Source: an uncultured Acetobacteraceae bacterium
GTDB taxonomy: Bacteria > Pseudomonadota > Alphaproteobacteria > Acetobacterales > Acetobacteraceae
Assembly: GCA_964242335.1 (NCBI GenBank)
Contig: CAXTAY010000003.1
Span: 105,069 to 169,068 of the forward strand
Direction of reading: 5' to 3'
DNA length: 64,000 bases
This document shows positions 56,534-64,000 of the stretch, one piece after another. The notes under the pieces are model-generated. The model did not search any database. It saw only the letters and a program-made list of their open reading frames with translations, and was not told the origin of the DNA. The first letter of the stretch is position 1. The number at the start of each line of letters is the position of its first letter. The translations under genes and the position numbers were made by a program.

Positions 56534-57169
56534 ATGAACGCAGCCGTCGATCACGGCCCGGACCCGCGCCACGCGAAGCTGTGGGACGACACCACCCACG
56601 AGCACGACCTGATGAGCACGCGCATGCTCGGCTTCTGGCTATACATGCTGAGCGACTCGCTGATCTTCGCAGCCCTGTTCGCCGCCTATGAGGTTCTCAG
56701 CTACGACACCAGCATCTTCGGTGGTCCGTCGCCGCGCGAGGTGGCGTCACCGATCTATGCCTATGCCGAGACGGTGGCACTGTTCACCAGCGTGCTCGCC
56801 TACGGCATCGCCATGGTCGAGCTCAGGCGCGACCGGCCGCGCGCGCTGATCGCCTGGGTCGCCGTCGCCTTCGTGATCGGCTCCGCCTTCCTGGGCATGG
56901 AATGGCACGAGCTCTCCAGGCTGGCGCAGAGCGGCGCGACGCCGCAGCGCAGCGGCTACCTGTCCATCTTCTTCACCCTGATCGTGGTGCACGGGATACA
57001 CATCGCCTTCGGCCTGCTCTGGATGGTCGTGCTCGGGGGCCAGGTCGCACGCAGCGGCCTCACCTTGCTGGTGACCTACCGGCTGGCCAACCTGAAGATC
57101 TTCTGGCTCTACCAGACGCTGATCTGGACCTTCGTCTACACCTTCGTCTACCTGCGGGGTTCGCTCTGA
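56534..57169 (+). CDS. cyoC: Cytochrome o ubiquinol oxidase subunit III
   Basis: ATG at 56534 within ORF 56288..57169. The region LGFWLYMLSDSLIFAALFAAY and the 5-TM pattern fit CyoC. Confidence 0.9.
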   Translation: MNAAVDHGPDPRHAKLWDDTTHEHDLMSTRMLGFWLYMLSDSLIFAALFAAYEVLSYDTSIFGGPSPREVASPIYAYAETVALFTSVLAYGIAMVELRRDRPRALIAWVAVAFVIGSAFLGMEWHELSRLAQSGATPQRSGYLSIFFTLIVVHGIHIAFGLLWMVVLGGQVARSGLTLLVTYRLANLKIFWLYQTLIWTFVYTFVYLRGSL

Positions 57170-57525
57170 TGGCCGTCGACAACCAGGAGCCTTGGGAACA
57201 TCCCGAGATCAAGCTGGCCAACGAGGGCCAGTACATCATCGGCTACCTCGTCTCGCTGGCCCTGCTGGGCCTGTCGCTGCTGCTGGTCACGACCCACGTG
57301 GCGGCGCCGACGACACTGCTGCTGCTGATCTCGGCGATCGCCCTGGTCACCGTGATGGCGCAGCTCATCCTGCTGTTCCACCTCGACTTCTCCGAGACGC
57401 AGCGTTGGAACTCGCTGACGCTGATGCTGAACGTGCCGCTGCTGATCCTGTCCGTCGGCCTGACCTCGTGGATGTTCCGCGCCCTGTACACCCACGTCAT
57501 GGCGCCCGGCCTGATGCCGCACTAG
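57169..57525 (+). CDS. cyoD: Cytochrome o ubiquinol oxidase subunit IV
   Basis: ATG at 57169 overlaps the cyoC stop (TGATG). The protein is 118 aa with 3 TM segments and carries the CyoD block QLILLFHLD. Confidence 0.85.
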   Translation: MAVDNQEPWEHPEIKLANEGQYIIGYLVSLALLGLSLLLVTTHVAAPTTLLLLISAIALVTVMAQLILLFHLDFSETQRWNSLTLMLNVPLLILSVGLTSWMFRALYTHVMAPGLMPH

Positions 57526-57590
57526 CTTTTCAGCCGATGTTGCGGAGCGCCAGCTTGCCGCCATACTGGGCATCATCAGCCCGGGCCGCG

Positions 57591-57629
57591 CCAGGACCGG
57601 GGTAGCCCCAGACGTCGCCCCAGACGTCG
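57591..57629 (+). repeat. Partial copy of the REP-like repeat with an internal 12-nt tandem duplication
   Basis: The sequence ccaggaccggggtagCCCCAGACGTCGCCCCAGACGTCG shares CCCCAGACGTCG with copy C. The 12-mer is present twice in tandem (57606-57617 and 57618-57629), 15 nt upstream of the DUF47 start. Confidence 0.5.
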
Positions 57630-57643
57630 CGAGGAGGTGCGCG

Positions 57644-58306
57644 ATGAGCGAGCCGGGACGGTCCAACGTGCTGCTGCGCGCCTACCGATCGCTGATGCCC
57701 CGGGATGCTCGCTTCATCGAGTATTTCTGCCAGCACTCGAGGCTGATCGTCGCCGCGGCGCAGTCGTTCCGCGCCCTGATGTCGGGAGACGGCCATCCCG
57801 ATCAGCACGTCGCCGAGATCAACCGGCTGGAGGATGCGGCGGACGGGATCACGCGCGCGACCATCTTCGCGATCCACAGGACCTTCATCACGCCGTTCGA
57901 CCGTTCGCAGATCCTCGATCTGATCACGGCACTCGACGACACCATCGACCTGATGAAGGATACCGGCCGTCGCATGCTCCGCTACGGCGTCGCCTTCACC
58001 CCGGAGATGCAGGCGATGGCGGACTGCGCGGTGCGCGCCTCGACGCTGATCCGCGACGCGATGCCGCTGCTCGGCTCGATCGGCCCCAGCGCCGAGGCGC
58101 TGAGCACGATGTCGGTGGCGGTGCGCGTCATCGAGAGCGAGGCGGACGAGCAGCTCGATCGCGGGCTGCGCATCCTGTTCGCCAGCGACGGCTCCCCCGG
58201 CTACAAGCTCACCGTAGAGAAGGTCTACGACTTGGTGGAGGCGGTGGTCGACCGCTGCGAGGACATCGTCGACGTGATCGACGGCATCGTCGTGGAACAG
58301 GTCTAG
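57644..58306 (+). CDS. DUF47 family protein (PhoU-like, PiT-associated)
   Basis: ORF 57644..58306, preceded by GAGGAGG. The start FIEYFCQHSRLIVAAAQ...LE..AD..T and the position upstream of PiT fit DUF47. Confidence 0.85.
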   Translation: MSEPGRSNVLLRAYRSLMPRDARFIEYFCQHSRLIVAAAQSFRALMSGDGHPDQHVAEINRLEDAADGITRATIFAIHRTFITPFDRSQILDLITALDDTIDLMKDTGRRMLRYGVAFTPEMQAMADCAVRASTLIRDAMPLLGSIGPSAEALSTMSVAVRVIESEADEQLDRGLRILFASDGSPGYKLTVEKVYDLVEAVVDRCEDIVDVIDGIVVEQV

Positions 58307-58316
58307 GCCGGAACCG

Positions 58317-59324
58317 GTGGGCGCCGTCGACAGCACGCCGTTCCTGGTCGGCCTGATCGGCTTCGCGCTGACGTTCGATTTCCTGAACGGCCTGCACGAC
58401 AGCGCCAACTCGATCGCCACCGTGGTCGCCACCCGGGTGCTGCGGCCGCTCACTGCGGTGCTGTGGGCGTCGTTCTTCAACTTCATCGCCTTCGCGGTGT
58501 TCGGGCTGCACGTCGCCGCGACCATCGGCCATGGCGTGATCGCCGCGGCCGCGGTCGATCCCCTGGTGATCTTCGGCGCGCTGGGCGGCGCGATCACCTG
58601 GAACCTGCTCACCTGGTGGCTCGGCATCCCCTCCAGCAGCAGCCACGCCCTGGTCGGCGGGCTGGTGGGGGCAGGGATGGCGAAGGCCGGTCCGGCCGCG
58701 GTGATCTGGGGCGGCCTCGGCACCATCGGGGCGGCGATCATCCTGTCGCCGCTGACCGGCCTGGTGCTGGCGATGACGCTGGTGCTGGCGGTCTCCTGGC
58801 TCGCCGTCCGCTCCACCCCGTTCGCGGTCGACCGCCGCTTCCGCAGGATGCAGTTCGTCTCGTCGGCCCTGCTGAGCCTGGCGCACGGCGGCAACGACGC
58901 CCAGAAGACCATGGGCATCATCACGATCCTGCTCTACTCGCGGCACCTGCTGTCCGGCGGCTTCCACGTGCCGTTCTGGGTGGTGCTGAGCTGCCAGTCG
59001 GCGATGGCGCTGGGCACCCTGTGCGGCGGCTGGCGGATCGTGCGCACGATGGGCTCGCGGATCACGCACCTGACCCCGATGCAGGGCTTCAGCGCTGAGA
59101 CCGGCGGCGCGCTGGCGCTGTTCGGCGCCACCTGGCTCGGCATCCCGGTCTCGACCACCCACACCATCACCGGCTCGATCGTGGGCGTTGGCGCCGCCCG
59201 CCGCGTCTCGGCGGTGCGTTGGGGCGTGGCCAGGAGCATCACCGTCGCCTGGGTGATCACCCTTCCTGCCTCCGCCGCCGTCGCCGCCGCCTGCTACTGG
59301 CTCGGCAGGGTGGCGACGCGGTAG
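58317..59324 (+). CDS. pit: Inorganic phosphate transporter, PiT family
   Basis: ORF 58317..59324 with a GTG start. PiT signatures are FDFLNGLHDSANSIATVV and SLAHGGNDAQKTMGII. Confidence 0.9.
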   Translation: MGAVDSTPFLVGLIGFALTFDFLNGLHDSANSIATVVATRVLRPLTAVLWASFFNFIAFAVFGLHVAATIGHGVIAAAAVDPLVIFGALGGAITWNLLTWWLGIPSSSSHALVGGLVGAGMAKAGPAAVIWGGLGTIGAAIILSPLTGLVLAMTLVLAVSWLAVRSTPFAVDRRFRRMQFVSSALLSLAHGGNDAQKTMGIITILLYSRHLLSGGFHVPFWVVLSCQSAMALGTLCGGWRIVRTMGSRITHLTPMQGFSAETGGALALFGATWLGIPVSTTHTITGSIVGVGAARRVSAVRWGVARSITVAWVITLPASAAVAAACYWLGRVATR

Positions 59325-59411
59325 CTGCAGGCCGATGCGGCGTCGACGCCTAGCCGAACGCCGGTTTCCGGTTCAAGGTATATCGTTCTTGCCCAGGAAG
59401 GAAATCCGTCC

Positions 59412-61331
59412 ATGCCGCAAAGCTCGGCACTCCCCACCTACAGCGCCATCTACGCGTTCGGCGACAGCCTGTCGGACGCCGGCAACGTCTCGATCCTGAC
59501 CGCGACCGTCGGCACCGAGCCGGTCTCGCCGCCCTATGCGCAGGAGAAATACGGCTCGGCCACCGGCAACGTGTTCAGCAACGGCCCGACCTGGGTGCAG
59601 GATCTGTCCGGCGCCCTCGGCCTGGGCACGCTCGCCCCGAGCCTGGCGAACGGCACCGACTTCGCCTATGGCGGTGCCGAGACCGGCTCGACGCCGCAGA
59701 ACAGCGGCAACCCGCAGATCGGCCTGCTCTCGCTTCCGACGCAGCTGCAGCAGTTCCAGGCCAAGGTAACGACGCCGGCGACCAATGCGCTCTACACGAT
59801 CTCGATCGGCGCCAATGACCTGTTCGACGTCCTGGACAGCACCGGCCTGACCGCGCAGCAGCAGACCACCGACGTGGCGGCTGCCGTCACCAACGAGATC
59901 AGCTTCGTCAACCAGCTGGTCGGCGACGGCGCCAAGAACCTGATGGTGATGGACGTGCCCGATCTCGGCAAGACGCCGTCCTATAGCCAGGGCGGCTCGG
60001 CCGCCGAGGCGACGCAGCTTTCCAGCGAGTACGACACGGCCCTGATCAGCCAGCTCGCCGGCATCGCCAGCACGGACTCCGTCCGCATCGACGTGATCAA
60101 CGCCTTCCAGCTGATCGACCAGGCGGTCGCCGATCCGGCCGGCTACGGTCTGACCAACGTCACTTCCCCGGTCTGGACCGGGAACTTCACCAGCGCCAGC
60201 AGCGGCACGCTGGTGTCCAGCGATCCGACGGTGCAGGACCAGTACCTGTTCTTCGACCACGAGCACCCGACCGAGACCGGCCACCAGGCGCTCGCCACCA
60301 CCGCGGAGGACGAGCTCGGCGGCAACGGCGTGGTCGCCCTGCCCACGGGCAACCAGTACTACCAGGCGGCGGCCGGGACCACGGTGCTCACCGGCGGCGG
60401 CAACGACACCGTGAGCGCCACGTCAGGACAGGTCACGGTGATAGGCGGCCCCGGCACCCTGACCTTCGTCGGCGGCACCGGTGCCAGCTCCGTCACCGGC
60501 AGCACCGGGGCGGTGACGATCTTCGGCGGCACCGGCGGCGGCAGCTTCGGCGGCGGTGCCGGCGGCCCCAACATCCTCATCTCCGAAGGTGCCGCCGGCG
60601 CCAACACGACCCTCGTCGGCGGCGCGTCCGGCGACCGGATCTTCGGCTCCGCGGCGGGCAACGACCTGCTGGTCGCCTCGGTCGGGCGAGACTCGATCCT
60701 CGGCGGCGGGGGAAGCACGACGATCGACGGCGGCGCCAGCGCCGGCAGCGTCATCTTCACCGGCGGTGGCGCCACCACCGTCGATGGCGGCGCCGCGGGT
60801 GCCGACACCATCGTCGGCGGCAGCGGGCCCGTGAACGTCGCCGCCGCCGGCGACGCGATATTCGGCACCTCGGGCGCGCTGCAGGTCAGCGGCAGCACGA
60901 CCCGCGCGGATTCGATCATCGGCGGCGCCGGGGCGCTCAGCGTGACCGGCCACGGCGGCAACATGCTGGTGGTCGCGGCGACCAGCACGTCGAACATCAC
61001 CACCGGCAACGGCGCCAGCCTGATCCTGGCCAACTCGGGTGCCAACAGTGTCACCGGCGGCTCCGGCTCGCTGCAGGTGCTGTTCGGCGCGGGCACGGCG
61101 ACGGTGACGGAAGGCTCCGGTGCAGCGATGTTCGACGTGGTGAAGGGGGCGGCGGGCGGAACCGACGTGATCAACGGCTTCAAGACCAGCACCGATCATA
61201 TCCAGCTGTTCGGCTATGCGGCGAGCGACCTGCAGGTGACGACCAGCAACGGCTCGAGCTTCGTCAGCCTGACCGACGGCACCAAGATCGAGGTCGTCGG
61301 CGTGACCGATCTCGGAGGCAGCATCAGCTAG
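59412..61331 (+). CDS. Secreted SGNH/GDSL lipase-esterase with C-terminal glycine-rich repeat domain
   Basis: ORF 59412..61331, 639 aa. Block I is YAFGDSLSDAGN and block V is FFDHEHPTETGH. Residues ~320-590 are degenerate G/A/S/T-rich repeats (GGxG.., IFGG, VTGG), and the tail is typical of type I secretion substrates. Confidence 0.85.
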   Translation: MPQSSALPTYSAIYAFGDSLSDAGNVSILTATVGTEPVSPPYAQEKYGSATGNVFSNGPTWVQDLSGALGLGTLAPSLANGTDFAYGGAETGSTPQNSGNPQIGLLSLPTQLQQFQAKVTTPATNALYTISIGANDLFDVLDSTGLTAQQQTTDVAAAVTNEISFVNQLVGDGAKNLMVMDVPDLGKTPSYSQGGSAAEATQLSSEYDTALISQLAGIASTDSVRIDVINAFQLIDQAVADPAGYGLTNVTSPVWTGNFTSASSGTLVSSDPTVQDQYLFFDHEHPTETGHQALATTAEDELGGNGVVALPTGNQYYQAAAGTTVLTGGGNDTVSATSGQVTVIGGPGTLTFVGGTGASSVTGSTGAVTIFGGTGGGSFGGGAGGPNILISEGAAGANTTLVGGASGDRIFGSAAGNDLLVASVGRDSILGGGGSTTIDGGASAGSVIFTGGGATTVDGGAAGADTIVGGSGPVNVAAAGDAIFGTSGALQVSGSTTRADSIIGGAGALSVTGHGGNMLVVAATSTSNITTGNGASLILANSGANSVTGGSGSLQVLFGAGTATVTEGSGAAMFDVVKGAAGGTDVINGFKTSTDHIQLFGYAASDLQVTTSNGSSFVSLTDGTKIEVVGVTDLGGSIS

Positions 61332-61339
61332 ATGTCGAG

Positions 61340-61371
61340 CTCCGGCACGCGTCGTCGACCGCGTGCCGGAG
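61340..61371 (+). terminator. Candidate intrinsic terminator hairpin after the SGNH lipase gene
   Basis: CTCCGGCACGCG-tcgtcgac-CGCGTGCCGGAG is a perfect 12-bp stem with an 8-nt loop, starting 9 nt after the TAG stop. No U-tract follows, so function is uncertain. Confidence 0.5.
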
Positions 61372-61561
61372 GCTGCCACGCTGACGGGGCACGAAGCGGC
61401 AGGAGCCGTCCTAACCTCACCTTAACGATGTTCTCCTAGCCTGACCGCTGCTCCGGGCGTCTTGAGGCCGATGCGGCAGGGATGGCGATGAAGATACGAT
61501 CTGATCCGGCCCGATCGGCCGGCCAACGGCCCCGGTTCCGCTCCGTCGAGACGGGCCGCGC

Positions 61562-63304
61562 GTGGTGTGCCCTCACGGCCCGTCGGGCCGGCGGAGGGCG
61601 GGATCCCGACGAATCTCGCAGAGACGGCCGAGCATCGTGAGTTCTGCCGGACAGCGCGAAAGGGTCGCGATCCAGTCTCGGGATGCGACCCCGCAGCCCC
61701 GCCAGGTGGACAAGAGCGAGCGCTTCGTCGCCTTCGCCTTCGCCGGCGCGGACATGGTCGTCGAGACAGACGTGGATGGAGTCGTCACCTACGCCGCGGG
61801 TGCGTTCCGCACCAAGTTCGGACGCTCGGCGGACTGGTTCGTCGGGCGCCCGGTCCGGGAGCTGTTCGCGCCGGTGGATCACGAGGCGCTGCATGCGGCA
61901 CTCGCCCTGCTGGTGGAACGCGGTCGCCTGCAGCCGTTGATGATCCGGCTGTCGGACGCCGAGCGGACGCATCTGGCCCTCGCCGGCATCGCCTTGCCGT
62001 CACAGGACGCGCCCCTCAGGCTGAGCCTCAGCCTCGCGCGTCCTCCGGCACCGCTGGCCAGCCTGACCCAGGCTCGCACCCCGCACTCGATGGCGCGTGC
62101 CACGGAGGCGCGCCTGCGTGACGGCACGCCGTGCGATCTCAAGCTGCTCGAGATCAAGGGGCGCGGAAGCACCGTGATCTCGTCGAGCGAGGTGATCGGG
62201 CGCGCGCTCGAGGCCGTGGCACCGGAGGCGGTGGCGAGCGAGATCGCACCGGGCCGGTTCGGCCTGGTGGGATCGGCGGAGTCCGGGGCGGACCTGCTCT
62301 CGATCGCCGGCCTCCTGGAGCAGGTGCTGCGCAAGCAGGGCATCGAGGTCTCCGTCGCCGGCCGCCAGTTGAACCTTTCCATGGAGGGACTGACGCAGAC
62401 CCAGGTGGCGCGCGCGCTGCGCCAGGCACTCAACCTGTTCGCGCGCGGCGGGCCGTCCTCGCTCGACGAGGCAGGTTTCGCCGGCGGTCTCGCCGGCTAT
62501 ATCCGCCGGGCCGGAACACAGGCCGCCGCCTTGCGGCAGACGATCCGGAGCAACCATTTCAAGCTGGTGTTCCAGCCGATCGTCGCCCTGTCCGACCTGT
62601 CGGTGCATCATTTCGAGGCGCTGATCCGGCCCGGCTCGGACGCCGGCAGCGCGTTCCAGGGGCCCCAGGACTTCATCATGCTGGTGGAGACGCTCGGACT
62701 GGCGGACGAGCTGGACCTGGAGGTTGCGCGCCTGGCCTGCGAGGCCGCCAGCACGGCCGAGGCCGTGGTCGCGTTCAACGTCTCGGGACAGTCGGTGCAG
62801 AGCCGCGGCTTCCGCGACCGTCTCGTGCGTCTCCTCTCGACCAGTGCTGCGAGCAAGGCGGGCTTGGTCATCGTCGAGATGACGGAAACTGCGGAGATCG
62901 AGGACATCGAGGAGGCTGCACGAACCGCCGATGCGCTGCGTTCGCTCGGCGTGCCTTTCTGTCTCGACGATTTCGGCGCCGGCGCGATCGATATCCGCCT
63001 GCTGCGAGAGCTCAGGCCCAACATCGTCAAGCTCGACGGATCCTACATCCCGGGGGTCATACAGGGTGGACGGGAGCGGGCGCTGGTTGCCGGGATGGTC
63101 GAGATCGGGCGCGGAGCGGGAGCCGAGATCGTCGCCGAGCGCATCGAGACCAGGGCGGAGGCGGAAGCCCTGCAGGCGCTCGGCGTGCAGTACGGTCAGG
63201 GTTGGCTGTTCGGACGCCCGGTCGCGCTGCCGAGCCGTCCGAGTGGCCCGTCCGCTGCACCCAGGCCACGTCGCCGCGGCGCCCAGAAGGAGGATTGGGG
63301 CTAG
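61562..63304 (+). CDS. EAL-domain cyclic-di-GMP phosphodiesterase with N-terminal PAS-like domain
   Basis: ORF 61562..63304 (GTG at 61562; alternative GTG at 61637). EAL blocks are FEALIRP, VIVEMTE, CLDDFGAG, VKLDG and QGWLFG. The N-terminal part is PAS-like (MVVETDVDGVVTYAAGAF). Confidence 0.85.
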   Translation: MVCPHGPSGRRRAGSRRISQRRPSIVSSAGQRERVAIQSRDATPQPRQVDKSERFVAFAFAGADMVVETDVDGVVTYAAGAFRTKFGRSADWFVGRPVRELFAPVDHEALHAALALLVERGRLQPLMIRLSDAERTHLALAGIALPSQDAPLRLSLSLARPPAPLASLTQARTPHSMARATEARLRDGTPCDLKLLEIKGRGSTVISSSEVIGRALEAVAPEAVASEIAPGRFGLVGSAESGADLLSIAGLLEQVLRKQGIEVSVAGRQLNLSMEGLTQTQVARALRQALNLFARGGPSSLDEAGFAGGLAGYIRRAGTQAAALRQTIRSNHFKLVFQPIVALSDLSVHHFEALIRPGSDAGSAFQGPQDFIMLVETLGLADELDLEVARLACEAASTAEAVVAFNVSGQSVQSRGFRDRLVRLLSTSAASKAGLVIVEMTETAEIEDIEEAARTADALRSLGVPFCLDDFGAGAIDIRLLRELRPNIVKLDGSYIPGVIQGGRERALVAGMVEIGRGAGAEIVAERIETRAEAEALQALGVQYGQGWLFGRPVALPSRPSGPSAAPRPRRRGAQKEDWG

Positions 63305-63315
63305 CGCTCGATCCT

Positions 63316-63336
63316 CCCGGGCCGGATCGGCCCGGG
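63316..63336. terminator. Candidate bidirectional terminator hairpin between convergent genes
   Basis: CCCGGGCCG-gat-CGGCCCGGG is a perfect 9-bp GC stem in the 47-nt gap between the EAL (+) and SDR (-) genes. There is no clear U-tract. Confidence 0.4.
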
Positions 63337-63351
63337 ACGTCGAGTCGGTCG

Positions 63352-64000
63352 CTAGTAGTGCTCCGGCCGGTCGATGTCCGAGATGAGGCCCAACTCCCTC
63401 GGCTCCCAGCCGAGGATCGCCCTGGTCCTCTCGCCGGAGGCGGGACCGTTGCCCGCCACCCACATCGCGAGGCCGCCGAAATGCGCCTCGGCTTCCTCGG
63501 ACGTCAGCGACTTGGCGGGCACCCCGACCTGCCGGCCGATCGCCTCGGCGATCAGCCTGAACGGCACGCCTTGCTCGGCGATGGCGTGGAACGCCTCGTT
63601 CCGCGCGCCCCGTTCGAGAGCGAGGCGGAACACGCGGGCGGCATCCAGTCGATGCACGGAGGGCCAGAGGTTCTGTCCGTCTCCGACATAGGCGGAGACG
63701 TGTCTCTCACGGGCCACGGCCGCGAGCATGGGAACGAAGCCATGACGTTCCCCGGCGCCGTGAGTCGAGCGCGGAAGCCGGGCCACGCAGGCCCGCAACC
63801 CGCGTTCTGCGAGCGCGAACGCCGTCTGCTCCGAGGCGCGCGGAAACGCGGGGATGACGGGCGGCCTGGGCGAGTCCTCTCTGAACGTCTCGCCGACAGG
63901 CAGCAGGCCTACGCCGCTTGTCACGACGATCGGACGGTCCGAACCGGCGAGCACCTCGCCGAAGGTCTCGATCGCCTGACGGTCCTCCTCGCTCAGCTCC
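63352..64000 (-). CDS. SDR-family NAD(P)-dependent epimerase/oxidoreductase (partial; 5' end beyond the window)
   Basis: ORF 63352..63954 stays open to the window edge. The C-terminal substrate domain is typical of extended SDRs (AFHAIAEQGVPFRLIAEAIG...ILGWEP). Confidence 0.75.
   Translation of the reverse strand, partial: ELSEEDRQAIETFGEVLAGSDRPIVVTSGVGLLPVGETFREDSPRPPVIPAFPRASEQTAFALAERGLRACVARLPRSTHGAGERHGFVPMLAAVARERHVSAYVGDGQNLWPSVHRLDAARVFRLALERGARNEAFHAIAEQGVPFRLIAEAIGRQVGVPAKSLTSEEAEAHFGGLAMWVAGNGPASGERTRAILGWEPRELGLISDIDRPEHY

Noticed and set aside
60360-61150. A highly repetitive G-rich DNA stretch, checked as a possible CRISPR or VNTR array.
   Set aside because: The repeats are degenerate, lack a fixed period and are in frame within the SGNH lipase ORF. 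They are coding Gly-rich protein repeats, not a repeat-spacer array.

Overview
High-GC bacterial chromosomal segment, about 65-70% G+C by eye. The gene content looks alphaproteobacterial (lptFG, cyoABCD, DUF1192, gcl/glc genes); that assignment is an inference. I call about 54 protein-coding genes. I recognised no rRNA, tRNA, CRISPR array, IS/transposase, or obvious defence or toxin-antitoxin module. Many very long ORFs in the track (for example 19270..24045 and 23017..27036) are high-GC shadow frames. Layout: (1) 0.2-9.4 kb is an envelope glycoconjugate locus with two GT4 glycosyltransferases, a Wzx-type flippase, a radical SAM enzyme and a DXD glycosyltransferase. It ends in a translationally coupled trio of myo-inositol-1-phosphate synthase, cytidylyltransferase and CDP-alcohol phosphotransferase. 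This is the most interesting candidate for an undescribed system: a CDP-inositol route feeding an envelope lipid or glycan. (2) 9.3-11.7 kb holds lptG-lptF. (3) 11.9-19.3 kb holds miscellaneous genes: a PNP-fold orphan, an alpha/beta hydrolase, YihY, DUF1810, an acyl-CoA ligase and a GT2. (4) 19.4-31.1 kb is a complete glycolate/glyoxylate-to-glycerate cluster: IclR, gcl, hyi, glxR, glycerate kinase, glcDEF and an LctP permease. (5) 31.4-34.7 kb is an orphan single-module NRPS with a truncated C domain, an A domain with an exact glycine code, a T domain and a TE carrying GxCxG. It is bracketed by two direct copies of a GC-rich REP-like repeat that also occurs at 16.5 kb, with a partial copy at 57.6 kb. 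(6) 34.8-42.6 kb holds a processive GT2, cytochrome b561, enoyl-CoA hydratase plus nitronate monooxygenase, a Tat-lipoprotein of unknown function, a 1-phosphofructokinase-family kinase and DUF1192. (7) 42.6-44.4 kb is an ORF-poor, compositionally patchy gap. (8) 44.4-53.1 kb is a TonB-dependent receptor plus a catabolic island: PuuE-like deacetylase, amidohydrolase, a racemase remnant, DeoR, a SIS protein and a PfkB kinase. (9) 53.3-59.3 kb holds cyoABCD and DUF47-PiT. (10) 59.4-64.0 kb holds a secreted SGNH lipase with Gly-rich repeats, an EAL protein and a partial SDR gene. All calls rest on reading the supplied translations and the DNA; no database search was run.
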